Positions 22,500 through 35,022 of a stretch of DNA of 64,000 bases are shown here, piece after piece. The position numbers were made by a program, and so were the translations under genes. The stretch covers positions 57,536,001 to 57,600,000 of the forward strand of contig NC_059437.1 in the NCBI RefSeq assembly GCF_021028975.2, read 5' to 3'. The notes below the pieces were generated by a model. The model saw nothing but the letters and a program-made list of their open reading frames with translations, made no database searches and had not been told where the DNA came from. The stretch comes from Sphaerodactylus townsendi (Eukaryota). Within the stretch, counting starts at the first letter, position 1, and each line of letters begins with the position of its first letter.

Positions 22500-25400
22500 C
22501 TGGAAGAGCCCCCCCACCCAACAAAAAAAAATTCAGTAATCTTTTCAGATTTGGAGTTCTGCCTTTCTAAACTGGGTCAGAAGACACAGGCCCCTGAGGC
22601 AACCTTTCCCCCACCCCACCCCCATTTGCCGGCTCTTCTGACTGGCCGAGAGTTTTTGGCAGAGGTGGCTCATCTCCAGTCTGGCTGCCTGACAGCCTTC
22701 AGGTGTGCCGTGCTGTGCATGCAAACCTGGCTGGGAGGCCCTGAATTATTCTTGGCCTCACAAGTCAAAGCACCGACAACATGTGTGTCTAAGGGGGAAG
22801 GGGCAATACAGTCATAACCAGCAGGGCGCAGCTTTACCAGAGAGCTCACCACAAAACAGTGGAAACAGAATTAACTGGGGGGGGGGGGAGCTCAGGTGAC
22901 CAGCAGCAAACAGGGAAACGAAAGAAACTTCACCTGAAACTGTCCTTTCAGATTGGCAGGTGTTTTAAAGTCCCCTTTTAGAACCTGCACAAGGAACAAA
23001 AAGTAGGGTCAAGTGCAAGCAAGAGATCCCTGCTGTCCAAATAACAGGAAAAGAACCCTTTCTTTTCAGATGTGACAGTCTGCAGAAAAACATCTTAGCA
23101 AAGAAGAAGGCCCTATCAATGAGATCTTGGCAATCAGCCTTGCTGATAAAGGTGCCCTAAGCCACACTTCATATAAATAAACAGTGCAACTGAGTACAGT
23201 TTGAGCACTGATTAAACTCCAACTTCCTGGCTGGCACCAGAGATGGCAGCATTCTATCTCCCCGGCCCCCCTAGACTTTGTGCCAGCGCCACAGGAGCCC
23301 CTCTCCAGTGAACCAGCCAGCGGGCAGAGAAACCCTTTCTACTGCCAGCTTCTCTTCCATCAGGTTCGGCCACTTGAAACGTACACATCCCAGAGAACTT
23401 TTCCTGCTCGCTGAGGCCGATCTTGATTACTTCCTTGTCTGAACAATAAGGACTCTTTGCTGTAATTTATTATCAATAAAAAGAGACTTTCAAAGAGGCC
23501 GTAGGCGGCAAGGGACGCCACCTGCTCCAGCCAGAGAGTTGCTCAGTTCCAAGATCAGCTCAGAGCCAGCCGTCAATGAATGCAGCACTCACCCTGTGGG
23601 TGTTGTTTATCACCAGGGGGTCCGGGTGTCCGTAGTTGGGGGGGTTTGCATACGGGTCGTAGCCCAGCTTGGCCAGCATGGGGGCAATGTGGCCCATGTC
23701 CTGCAGCACGTCCCCCGGAATATGCCCCAGCCACTTGCTCAAGGCCTCTGTGTTGACAGGCTTGATCACCTGGTCTGTGGATCGCTCAATCCTGCACAAA
23801 TACAGGGGGGCATCAGAAGCAGACAGACACGATCACTTCAGCAAGGCCCCTTTTCCCAGGCTGCCCTGAAGGGCGAACTCACAAGCCACCGTTGCATTCC
23901 CCTCTCCCTTGAGCTCTCCCTGGGTCCCTGGCAGGTGGCACGGAGTTATTTTTCAAGAGGGGAGGTTTTTTCGAACAAGTGAGAGCACCACGGCACCACG
24001 TTCATCTGACAAAGGGGGGAAACCGAGCACCCTGTTTCCAATAGTGGCCATCCAGGAGCCTCCAAGAATGGAGTGCAGATCGCGGCCAACCACCATTTGA
24101 GCACGGAGGCTCCACGGCCCAATCAAGGGTCATGCCGTCGCGGGGCCTCTCTGTCACACACTGGAATTCTTTCTCGAAACCATCCAAGTCTGGAGACAGA
24201 CAACAGTTGAAGGTAACTCGGTATACCAGAAGCATTGACAGCCGTGGGCCCGTGCCTTGGGCCCCACTGTGACCTCTGTCCCCCTTGTTTGTGGCACACT
24301 TCTAAAACTCCCCTCCAGAACTTCTCAAAACAACAGTACGCAAGCCTCAGATTCAAATTAGGACTAATAAAAGGAAACACTTCTTCACACAACGTGTGAT
24401 TGGTGTTTGGAATATGCTGCCACAGGAGGTGGTGATGGCCACTCACCTGGATAGCTTTAAAAGGGGCTTGGACAGATTTATGGAGGAGAAGTCGATCTCT
24501 GGCTACCAATCTTGATCCTCTTTGATCTGAGATTGCAAATTCCTTAACAGTCCAGGTGCTCAAGAGCAGCAGCAGCAGAAGGCCATTGCTTTCCCATCCT
24601 GCATGGGAGCTCCCAAAGGCACCTGGTGGGCCACTGCGAGTAGCAGAGTGCTGGACTAGATGGACTCTGGTCTGATCCAGCAGGCCAGTTCTTATGTTCT
24701 TAAATGCCAGAAGGCCACGGCAGCCAACTATAGTTCCCAGCAGACAGCGATACTCTGCTTCCTCGCTGCCTGCTCCATTTGGGAAGTGCTTCCAAAGGTG
24801 GAGAAATTGACCAGGCAGGTGTGGCACACAGGCCACCTGTAGCATTTCTTTGCTCCAGCCTACAATGCTGAGATGGCAGACCCGTCCAAGATGCGATCCA
24901 GCACCACCTTGAACTCTCTCTGTTGCTGGCAGTTACTCTGAAAAGCTGTTTCTCCTCTGGCTGCTTTCCATGCTGGCCGCCAAAACCAAAGGGATGGTGA
25001 GCCCCACGCTAGCCACTGTGCTCGCAGCCCTTCTTCAATGGCCTCTCCCCCTCCACTAACCTGAACCCGTGCCATCCCCCCCTCCACCGCACAGCACACA
25101 CACACGCACTCACTTGGAAAGTGAGACTCCTCCGGGCTTCCCAATCAGCTCCTCGTGGTGCAGGACAGCGTCACTCCAGGCGATGTCCAGGAAGTCCATG
25201 ATGGCCCGCATGGATTTGTGGGGGTGCAGCACCAGCTGCTCGTAGTAGACGGGGAGGCAGCGCGCACGGCCGATCTCCTGGCACTGGGAGTACATAACCT
25301 CGATGGCCTTGTTCCACTTGGTCAGGCAGTCCCGGTAACTGCTGAGGTCAAAGCCCGCAATGGTGACCTTCCGGGTGATCATGGAATGGACGGAGGCCCG

Positions 25401-25955
25401 GCCGTCGCGCACCATCAGGAGGAACTTGGAATTGGGAAAGAGTCGAGACAGGTAGATGGAGGACTTGAGGGTGAAGGGATCTTTGTTGCACAGGTACCTG
25501 GCTGGCTCCCCGTGCTTCGCAATCACCTCCAGGATAAAGGCCTGCATGGCGGCGTCCAGAACCTGGTCCGTCACTCCGGCTTCATCCAGGCGTATTTTCT
25601 CCCGCCCGGATTTGGACCAGGCCTGCCGCATGGCCAACACGCGGGGGATGATGCGAGTCTCCTCTCCACAGCGCACCTCCGGGTGAGCGTCCAGCATGGC
25701 CCGCATGAGGGTGGTCCCGCTCCGAGGAACTCCCCCGATGAAGATCAGAGGCATCTCTTTGCTGTACCGGTACTCGACCCGGTTGGAGTCCAGCATCACC
25801 AGCTCCTCGTTCTCCGGCCGCATCAGGCCGCGCTGGCTGGAGCCCTGGCCCAGGATTTGCTGGCACTGCAGCATCTGCTGGCCCAGGTGTACCGACACCA
25901 TCAGAGCAATGGCAAAGCCCACCCCCAGCAGTACCCGCTTCATGGTCACCCGCAT
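22470..25955 (-). CDS. TPST2: Protein-tyrosine sulfotransferase 2, 373 aa
   Basis: join(25114-25955,23593-23791,22934-22984,22470-22499) = 1122 nt. N-terminal TM anchor, PAPS loop [32 protein letters not shown]-terminal [14 protein letters not shown] is TPST2-type; synteny agrees. Confidence 0.96.
22934..22984 (-). CDS. TPST2: TPST2 coding exon 3
   Basis: [17 protein letters not shown], 51 nt. Confidence 0.92.
23593..23791 (-). CDS. TPST2: TPST2 coding exon 2
   Basis: [13 protein letters not shown]...[12 protein letters not shown]...THR. Confidence 0.95.
24356..24701 (+). mobile_element. CR1 LINE 3' fragment (same subfamily as 21568-22016)
   Basis: Direct sequence match to ~21672-22016. 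Confidence 0.8.
25114..25955 (-). CDS. TPST2: TPST2 main coding exon (exon acceptor at 26040)
   Basis: [10 protein letters not shown]...GGVSLSK, |gtgagt. Confidence 0.96.
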
Positions 25956-26844
25956 CCTCTCCCCATCCAGAGGGGCTCAGGAACACGCGGGCTTCGCTCT
26001 GCTTTCAGCTGCCAGATAGGAGGCCCAGCCAACGACCATCTGCCAAGACAAAAAGCACCAACATGACAAGGCAGGGCCAGAAAGGGAGCTGCTTGTAGAA
26101 TCCGCATCCACTTGTTCCTGACCTGAATACCTTCAGACCTTGCAGGACGAGAAGGATGCTGCCGTGAGACACGGCGGTCCATGGAAGTCAGTGGGGTTAG
26201 AAAGGGGCCACTCTAAAGCTATCCCACCAGCGGCCCCTGCCCATTTCAGCTTAAGCACAGTGGATGTGGGCCTGAGTGGCCATATGCACCATGCCTGGCT
26301 GAGCTTCAAAGCACAGAGTTGATCTTTATGCCCCACGCAAATCTGTGCATTTTGGCACACTTGTACGAAACAGAAGCTCCAAATATACACAGTCAACTGC
26401 TGTTTGAATTCAGCCCAGAATTCCAAAGCTACGAACCAGCATTTTCAAATACTTATTTTAAAAGAAACAGGAACTCTGTCTCACCCAACAACTTAAAAAA
26501 AAAAACACCACCATTTTCTTCACACCAACAGCTGTTAGCTCACTTGAGTCAAGTAAGATGCAAGGGGGGGAAGATGTCTCCACAAGGGCAACCCCAAAAC
26601 AGCCCTTGGAGGGGAAGGAGGAGACTTGTGCATCTTCTAGGTCACAGAGATGGCACCACTCAGCCTCTGCTATCGGGACCAGCCCAAAGACAGTCCAGAG
26701 AATTACATCGAGGCTTCATTCAGCCTGGGGGTGGGCGGGTCAGGAATTGTTGTTCTAATGTGAAACTGGTGCACTATGTGGATTGCTTCAGCTCAGGGAA
26801 GAGGGCCCCAGTCCACTTTAAGAAGACCAACTCAAGATATTGCA

Positions 26845-27040
26845 AATCATAGAGTTGGAAGAGACCACACGGGCCATCCGGTCCAGCCCCCCGCCATTCA
26901 GAAGCACACAATCAAAGCATTCCCGACATATGTTCCTCCAGCCTCTGTTTGAAAACCTCCAAAGAAGGAGACAGCACTGACTCTCCGAGGCAGTGAATTC
27001 CACTGTTGAACAGCCCTGATGGTCAGGAAGTTCTTCCCTT
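26845..27040 (-). mobile_element. CR1 3' end fragment
   Basis: atcatagagttggaagagacc... tail; similar to 42650-42850. Confidence 0.75.
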
Positions 27041-27261
27041 CTTATCCTTTGGGTCAAGGGTACCCCCAGCAAACCCCTCCCCCCATGAATTTTCCTCTGG
27101 GGCTTTAATGCCAATAACCAGCAAGTTTTAATTGGTGTCCTGCAGCTATGAACGTGATCAAATATTAATGGCACGTGAAGGCGGAAAGAATGCAAGACCA
27201 TCAATTATTCATTAACCCACCGCCAATATATGTCAGAAGAACCCATTACGGCGACACTCAC

Positions 27262-27330
27262 CTTGCCCTGGGAAGTTCATTTTGCTGCTCAACACTCGCT
27301 TGGCTCAGAAACCGAGACGGGAGAGAAATC
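27262..27330 (-). other. TPST2: probable TPST2 5'UTR exon (69 nt)
   Basis: Long polypyrimidine acceptor ttttcccttctgttccttctccag| and consensus donor AAG|gtgagt. Confidence 0.6.
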
Positions 27331-27456
27331 CTGGAGAAGGAACAGAAGGGAAAAACCACAAGGTCAGGTGCTGGCTCAGCAGGCCGGCTGATCTACCGAG
27401 GAATGGCTCAGAGAAAAATCTCCTCTTGTTCTTCACGTAACTTCCCTACCTCCATC

Positions 27457-27685
27457 CCGTTTCTCCGAATATAAGACATCCCCTGAAAATAAGACTAGTA
27501 GAGGTTTTGCTGAAGTGCAAAATATAAGGCATCCCCCGAAAGCAAGACGTAGCAAAGCTTTTGTTTGGAAGCATGCCCGACGAACAGAACTCAGAAAAAG
27601 AAGACATCCCCTAAAAATAAGACATCGCACATCTTTGGGAGCAAAAATTAATATAAGACACTGTCTTATATTCGGGGAAACACGG
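27457..27685. mobile_element. Tc1/mariner-type MITE
   Basis: TIR-like ends ccgtttctccgaatataagaca / tgtcttatattcggggaaacacgg followed by TA; internal aataagac repeats. Confidence 0.7.
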
Positions 27686-30549
27686 TATTAATGTTTCTCT
27701 GGGCAGATCTTTAACTTCTGTTTACAATTTCCTGAGCAACTGAATTAACATGGCACTGCATTGACCAGATATCCAGGGCCCCAGCAGCAGCTGAAACAGC
27801 ATGTCTGTGGCCAAAGAGGAGGCAGAACAAAACAGGGGCTCCCAAAGCATTGTGCCAGAGATGGCCACAATGTGCCAGGGCGAGATTCTCTCGTCCAGGA
27901 CAGCTTGGGCACCAGTCACATTTTGCCAAGGGAACTATAAGGTCGCTCTGAAAGCCCCTTGGTCCCCAGATGGGCCCCGCCAGCGGTTTTCTGGATTTGC
28001 TCTGCTAACCTCTAGTACAGGAGGCCGCTCGGCCGCTCACCCCCCACCTTGGCACCCACAGGAGGTCCTGAACCAGCCGGAGCCACTTCACCACACAGCT
28101 GACTACACAAGTGGCACAACTATACTGGCCTTGTCTATGAAACCAGCCAACCACCACCCTTGGTGGGGCAGGTCCATTGGAAGGCAGGGCTGGGGGCGGG
28201 GGACACACAAAATTTGGGCAGCGGGGGGGGGGGGGGCAAGCCAACTGAAGAGGCCCTGGAGCCAGCATCATGCTGCATCCAACACTTGTGACGCTGTTCT
28301 CCTGCCTGAGAGCGCGTCGTCACCCAGCAACCGTCCTTGGTGGACTGGGGAAGACACAACACATGGCTTAAAAGCTCTCTGGCCAACATGAACGCCACCT
28401 GGCTCAGGGTGTTCGCTTCATTTCTGGGGCGAGGGGGCCACTTTTCAAACGGTATTTTTGGATGCGTTCTGCCTGCCACAGAAGGAGACTTTCGGCTTCT
28501 ACTGTAAATAGCACTGGGGAGGGGCGGGGGTGTCTCACGTGGGCCAGGACATGCCCACGCCTTTCAGTTTTGGCCCTAGAATTCCCAAAGCCCCCCTGAA
28601 GCCAATGTTGAGTCTCCTTTCTTTATGCTCTGAGGAGTGACGCCTGCCACATACGACTGTAGACGCACAGTAACAGCCAGACAAGTGATTTGTTTTGTTG
28701 TGATATTTGTTTTGGATCAGGGTTACATGGCGGGGGTGGGATCTTTGTTTAGCCCCTCGGTGACTTTCAGCCAGGTCTATGACGAGGACCCCCGCTGTCT
28801 GCTCTCACCAGCACCTGCCTTGGGATGAAAAGGGGGGAGACCCAGAAGCCCAGGGGCCTCTTCGGCAGGAGCTGCTGTGTCCGCCCTTTATTTCAGCCAG
28901 TGGCAAGTTCCAGGCCCAGCACAGGCCTCCTTCGAAATACGTTGCCATGACAACAGATGGCGGCCATGTTGTGCAAAGCCACTAAGTGCGTGCAGGGGGG
29001 CCCCGCCACCCACCCCTCGTGTCACAGGCAATGCAGAACTCCCTGCAAAAGGGGAACTTGGGGATGAAACTACTTCTCTCCTCTTTGCATAAATACAAAA
29101 TTGAGTCAAACAGCAAATAGATCATAACAGCAAAATAAAATTTTAAATTGCAAACTGTGAGCAAAAAGAGCGGGGAACGCAATTAACGGCACATTTCAAT
29201 AGAAAGAGATATTGTTCACAAATCTAGTTATATTGCTAATATTATTTATATTACTTTTCAAAAATCAATAAACCAGCTTCCTTTCTAGCTTGGCCACAAA
29301 ACCAGCTACTGGGTGCAACCTATTGTAGAGAACAAATTCAAAAAAGGTGCTCTGTGCCGCCACATGGAGTAATTTGAATAGTTTCTCATAACGCCACCCC
29401 CACCCCCAAACCAAAACCCTGATGCAGCTCAGCTCAACAGTAGGGCTCCCTGGTCCATTCCACACCTTGTGCCACCCCTGGACTAGTGTCCGCTCTGCCC
29501 TGCATGCCAGACTATTTGGAAGAAAAACCCCAAGTCACCCGGGAAGGCACACGGGCTGCAGAGCAGCAAAGAGCCAGGAGCCCCCCCGCCCCGATGACCC
29601 CCGCCCTCTGAAAAACCACTTTCACGGGTGCAGCCTCAGGATTCCTCTTGAGCTGGTTGCTGGTTGTGAAGGGATTCTGAGGAGGCCGGGGGCCTCTGAG
29701 GAGCCCTCCCCACCCACTGGCCCTGAGCCATGCCTGGCTGCCCTTGCCTGAAGAAAGAGGGCCGTCCAGAGACCCAGTGAGGGCCCACCAGGTGCTGCTG
29801 CAGAGCCCCCACACGTTTGGGGGCAGTTACCGACTGGGGGGGGGGGGCAGAGAGGGGTTGATGTTCCTTCTCTCGCTCGAACTCCCAAGATGTTTCGGAA
29901 ATGACAAACTGGAGCAGGATGAAAAAAGCAAGTCTGCTTTTAACAAGCGAAGGGAGAGGAGCAGCCAGGCGCCGCTCAGGGCAGGGATGACCATGCCGAG
30001 GAAGGGCCGAAAGCTGGACTCTGGGGCGTTGCTGCCACATCTACAGGGACCCCGGGGTGAAGGTGCAGAGTCAGCAGGGAGGAAGGGGCCTGAAGCCATC
30101 GTGGCAGCCTCCTGCTTGGAGGCAGGGCCCCCCGCGCTCCAGCAACAGCCGAGCCCTCCCTCAACCTCTCCCAAAACAGCCAGGCTGGAAGGTGAGCAGG
30201 GCCCCCAGTTTCCAGAGCAGCCAGGCCCGAGGAGGAAGCAAGGGCCAGCGCTGCTGGAAATGCTTCAAGATGCAGCAGGAGCTGCTTCCCCTCCATCCCC
30301 CCCTCCTGCGGGGCTCTTGCTCCAGCTGCTCAGCAGAGCCGGCTGCCAAAGACCGGAGAGTCCCAGACACGCATTCCTCTCAGATGAAGCAGGTCGTTTG
30401 CTAAACACAACAACCGCCACACCACTGTGCACACACACCTGGCACTTGCACACGCTCTGCTGAGGCTGCAAAAGGGCCCTTGCTCGGAACAGGCTTCCTT
30501 CCGCCCTCAGCTTCTCTGCAACAGGAAGGAAGGGGGGGGGGGGGGGGTT

Positions 30550-31010
30550 GAGCAGCGACATGTCTCCAAAGATCTCCACTCGAACCTGCTTCCTCCGCTG
30601 CCCGGGCCAGGCGCCCCCCCCCCCCGCCGCGAAGACCCCCGGCCTGGCCCACCAGCAGCAGCAGCAGCAGCAGCCCCTGCCCAAGCGCACGGACGGGCGC
30701 GCACAGGCGCGGCTCTCCTGCCCACGCAGCATCCGCCGGGCATCTCAGCGCGACGCTGGCAGTCCCGGCGGGGGGGGGGGGGGGGGCGCAGAGGCGGCCA
30801 CGCGTCCCGGTGGCTCCAAAAGACACGCTGCAGGAGGGGGGGGGGTCCACGTGTGGCTGTGAGTCGTGGTCACCACGCGGGAGGGGCCTCCACGGGGAGA
30901 GGCAGTCGGGCTGGGAGGCTGGTGGGCCGCGGCAACGGCTCCGGTGCGGTTGGCAACGGGACCCCCCCCCCCCCGCAAAGCCCCCCGCCCGCTCCCAGGG
31001 CCTGGAGCCG

Positions 31011-31065
<55 letters not shown>

Positions 31066-31950
31066 CGCCTCTGCTGCCCCCCCCCCGCCGTCTCCCCCCC
31101 TTCTCTCTCTCTCTCTCTCTCGGGCGGGGGGGGGGGCGGCCGCACTGACTCACCGGCGGGCTCGGCCACGGCGGTCCTGGGCGCTCCGCGTCACGCGCAC
31201 GGCCCTCCTGCCGGCCAGCCACGGCCACAGCCAGCCAGCCTGGAGGCGCGGCGGCGGCGGCGGCGGCGGCGGGAGGGTTCCGCCCCCGAGTGGGCAGGGG
31301 CCGCCTGCCCGGTGCCGCCTGGCGCTGGTGGACCGACCGCCTCCCGCCCTCCCGCGCCCCCTCCCGCAGCGGAAGGAAGGAAGGAGGGGGGGGGGGGGCG
31401 CCGCCGCTTCAGCCCGGAGATTCCGCCGCGGGGACGAGCCGGAGGAGGCGGCGCTTCCTCGCATCCCCCCTCCCCCCGGGGGTGCTGGTCGGTGCTCGGT
31501 CCTGCGCGCGCGCACAGCCCCCCCCCCCGCTCGGAGGAAGCCGCCCCCCCCCCCGGCTCATCCACCGATCCGGCAGAGCAGCTTGGCTGGCCCTGCGCTG
31601 CGTGCCCCCCACCCCCCGCCTCGGGATCCCGCTCTCGGGCAGCCTCCCGGCCGTGCCGCCCTCCTGGGCTTTGCCCCCCGCCCCCTCCCCACAAGACTTC
31701 TCTCCAGCGCCCAGGCCGGCCCGGTGGGCTTTCGGAGCTGGACACCGGGAAACGGCGCGGACTCCGACGGAGGACAGCCCTTGTTGCCCACTGGCACGAC
31801 TTGGTCGCCCGCAGGGAACAACAGCGCGAAGCATTTATCCCCCCCCCCCCCAATGATTCCCAGGCAGGCGGCCCTCCGAGCAGAAACCTGTATGTGGGGG
31901 TCCGGGGCTGGCATTTTCCCCAGACATGCGGGAGGTGGGCCGTGATTGGC
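30550..31950 (-). promoter_or_regulatory. CpG island, TPST2 promoter with non-coding exon 1 (donor at 31153)
   Basis: Extremely CpG-rich; CCG|gtgagt donor on the minus strand at 31153; (GGC)n run at ~31250. Confidence 0.75.
31013..31062. repeat. (GA)n microsatellite
   Basis: about 25 GA units. Confidence 0.95.
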
Positions 31951-33321
31951 CCCTGCTGCTGCCCCCCCCTTTGGGTCCCCAGGCCCTGGGGCTGCCTTTG
32001 AGGGTTCTCTCGGGGCCGCTGCTGTCTGTGGTACCTGTATGGCATCTGGGGCAGATGAAGGGGCTGCTGGAAGCACAGAGGGGATGATGAACTCTGCTGG
32101 GCTCAGAAGCCGGCCCCTCTCCCCCTAAGAGGGGTGAAAAGTGTGCCTGGAGGGGGGCCCCCGACCTTTGACTCCCGGTTCCAGGTGACCAAGAGAGTAG
32201 AGCTTGACAAGAGGCCTGCGGGATCAGACCAGCCTTCCGTCTCACCCAGTGGCTACAACACAGTTCCTCTGGAGGGCCAACGACGCCTTCCCCTGATGCT
32301 GCTGCCTCCTGGCACTGGGGCTCTGAGGCTGACTGCCCCTGAATGTGGAGGTTCCCTTCGTCAGTGTGGCTAGCGGCACGGGTAGATTTTGCCCTGCATG
32401 GATCTGTCATGACACAGACTGTGTTGTAACTCACTGGAAAGGGAGAGGCACTTTGTACTTGCTCAGAGGAACCCAGGCAAAAGCAAGTGTGTTTGCTTGC
32501 TTGTGCTCACAGCATCCAAAGTGGAGTCCTGAGGATCAAGTGAGCTACAGTTGTTCTGTGTTTCATAAGAAGTTAGAGCAGCGTGTTCTCTTCCTCTGAC
32601 AGGAAACTGAGAGGCCATTTACCTCTGGAAAAGAAGAGAGGGAAGGAAGGAAGAAGCAGCTGAAACTGAGGCCTCTAAAGCTCATGGTCTGATTAGATAG
32701 CACAACACACACACCCCCCCACACACACACACGTCCCTTGTCTTCAAGATGCCTGAGTTGGGAGGTGGTTTAAACAGCCACGAGGAGGAGCAGGGACTTT
32801 TCTAGTGGTGGCCCTAATTTTGGGAGTGCCACTCAAATGAGGTCCGCCAGGGGGTTAGAACAGGACTTCCAAAAGCCCTGCGGGAGGGGGCGGGTCCATC
32901 TAGTCCAGCCTCCAAAAGCTCCTGAAAACGACTCAGCCGCACAAAGTAGAAGTTGGCCCGGCTGGGCATCTTGCTCTCCAGGCAGAAAAACCCAACAGCC
33001 CCCTTTTAAAAACAACGCAGACGTGTCCGTGTGCCTTCCACTGTCTGTCCCAACCACTGAAAGGGCGTGCCCGTGCTTGTCTAGGTTTATGGAGACATTT
33101 TTGCCTTGCAGGGTCGGTGTACACTTTTTTTGTGTGTGCTTTTAAAAACAAGAAAAGGTCTCATGCAGCCTTGTGCCGAGAAGGGAATACTTACAGATGT
33201 GTGAGGATTGCCACATGTAGCAAAATTATATTTTAATTCAAACAGGAGCTATTTTTCAAACAGTGAGGCTCCTGTGGCCATTTTTCCCTACTTGCATGGG
33301 GGGGGGGATTTGGCACCAGAA

Positions 33322-33620
33322 GGAAGAAGAAGAAGAGTTTGGATCTATATCCCCCCTTTCTCTCCTGCAGGAGACTCAAAGGGGCTGACAATCTCCTTGC
33401 CCTTCCCCCCTCACAACAAACACCCTGTGAGGTAGGTGGGGCTAAGAGAGCTCTGAAGAACTGTGACTAGCCCAAGGTCACCCAGCTGGCGTGTGTGGGA
33501 GTGCACAAGCTAATCTAGTTCCCCAGATAAACCTCAACAACTCAAGCGGCAGAGCGGGGAATCAAACCCGGTTCCTCCAGATTAGAATGCACCTGCTCTT
33601 AACCACTACGCCACTGCTGG
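33322..33620 (-). mobile_element. tRNA-derived SINE (Squam3-like)
   Basis: Minus strand shows A box TGGCGTAGTGG, B box GGTTTGATTCC and a (CTT)n tail; second copy at 48000. Confidence 0.8.
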
Positions 33621-35022
33621 AGGAGGGCAGGGTTGGGCTGGCTCTCCAACCACTTGTCAGGCCAGAGGCTGTGAGGGGCCCGGGAACAGGAGCCACAGGT
33701 AGAAGGTCTGGGGCTGGGCTGGGCTGGGGCTGCCTGTGCCATCTACCCTCCCAGCTGGCCCCCCGCCCCCTGCATTGCTTGGCCTGCCAGTTAACCTTTT
33801 TTGCTCTTGATGTCTTTGCTCTGCCTTGTTTTTATGTATTTTATTGATTTTTAATTTTTTTTATTTAAAACATTTCATAGTTGCCTTCCATATAAATGAA
33901 ATTATTATAACCACATACACACATAAAAGATCACAGTTTAAAATCTCCACAGTTAGGACCAACAATAAATACAAACTAATTCAGTCAAATACAGTCCTAA
34001 ATAAAACTTAATTTGTTTTTATTCTCTTGGTTTTGTTGCGTTGTTTTACTTGTGGGGTGCCACAAGCAAGTCTGGAGAGGCAGGATAGAAATTTTTATCT
34101 GTACACCGCCCTGAGCCCTTCAGGGATAGGGCGGTATACTAAATTTAATAAATAATACTAATAAAAAAATTTCAGTCTCTGGGGAAATGGTTTGGCGTTC
34201 ACAGTCGAGGTGTCTTATGTGGGGTGCTGCTTAGCTGGAAACTTGGGGTGTCACTAAAACCCTCTTATTTAGAGCAGGTTCCTAACAGTTAAAAAATTCA
34301 TCCTGCTTTCCTTGAACAAAGGCATATTGAACGTGCAGAGATTAAAAAGCTAACCGGCTTGCTTGGACAAAGGCAGGGAGGTAGCAAGACAGCCTTTGAT
34401 TTGTTAACCAGCATGTCTATCAAACACTGTTGAGGCAGGCGGCTGTTTGGCACAAGCTGCTGGAGAAAGCTGCAGTTGCTCCTGATGTGCATGCCTGTTT
34501 GCCTGACCCTGGAGCCGATGCGTGCAGAATGTTCAACTGGCTCAGCTGACAAGCAGCGCCCTCCCCTCCCCTCCCCTCCTGATCACCAACTGGCAGTGAG
34601 GGAGGAGAGGGAAAGGGACGGATGCCTGCAGTGCTGTCTCCTTCCCCAAATAACAACCTCCTGTCCAAATCCAGCGTCTTTCCCCAGCACAAATGAAAGG
34701 CCCATTCTGCACCGTTTGATAGAAATCTCTGCAATAGTAATTAACCCCAGAACCAAGTCACTTCTGGGAGTTGTAGTCCATGAGTTCGTAACTGTGCCTC
34801 CCAGAATGTTTTGCGAGGCAGAGGAACCTCTCCTGGGCCACTCTTGTGTGTTCAGGCCGGCAGTGGCTCTCCAGAGTCTAGGTCTTCCACACACCCACTG
34901 CCCAAGCAACTTAGTGGGAGATGCCAGGGCTAAAAGTGAGACACGATCCTCTAACAGGCCTGTGCCCGGGCTGACCAACTGAGTAGCTCTCGCCATGATG
35001 GGAAGGAGGGAGGGAGGCCATG

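Noticed and set aside
25155-26066. 303-aa ORF on +
   Set aside because: Antisense shadow of the TPST2 exon
30427-32001. 524-aa ORF and other long overlapping ORFs
   Set aside because: Stop-poor CpG island with microsatellites; low-complexity translation in all frames and no domain
33540-33620. tRNA-like sequence (also 48000-48070)
   Set aside because: It is the head of a SINE with body and tail attached, not a tRNA gene
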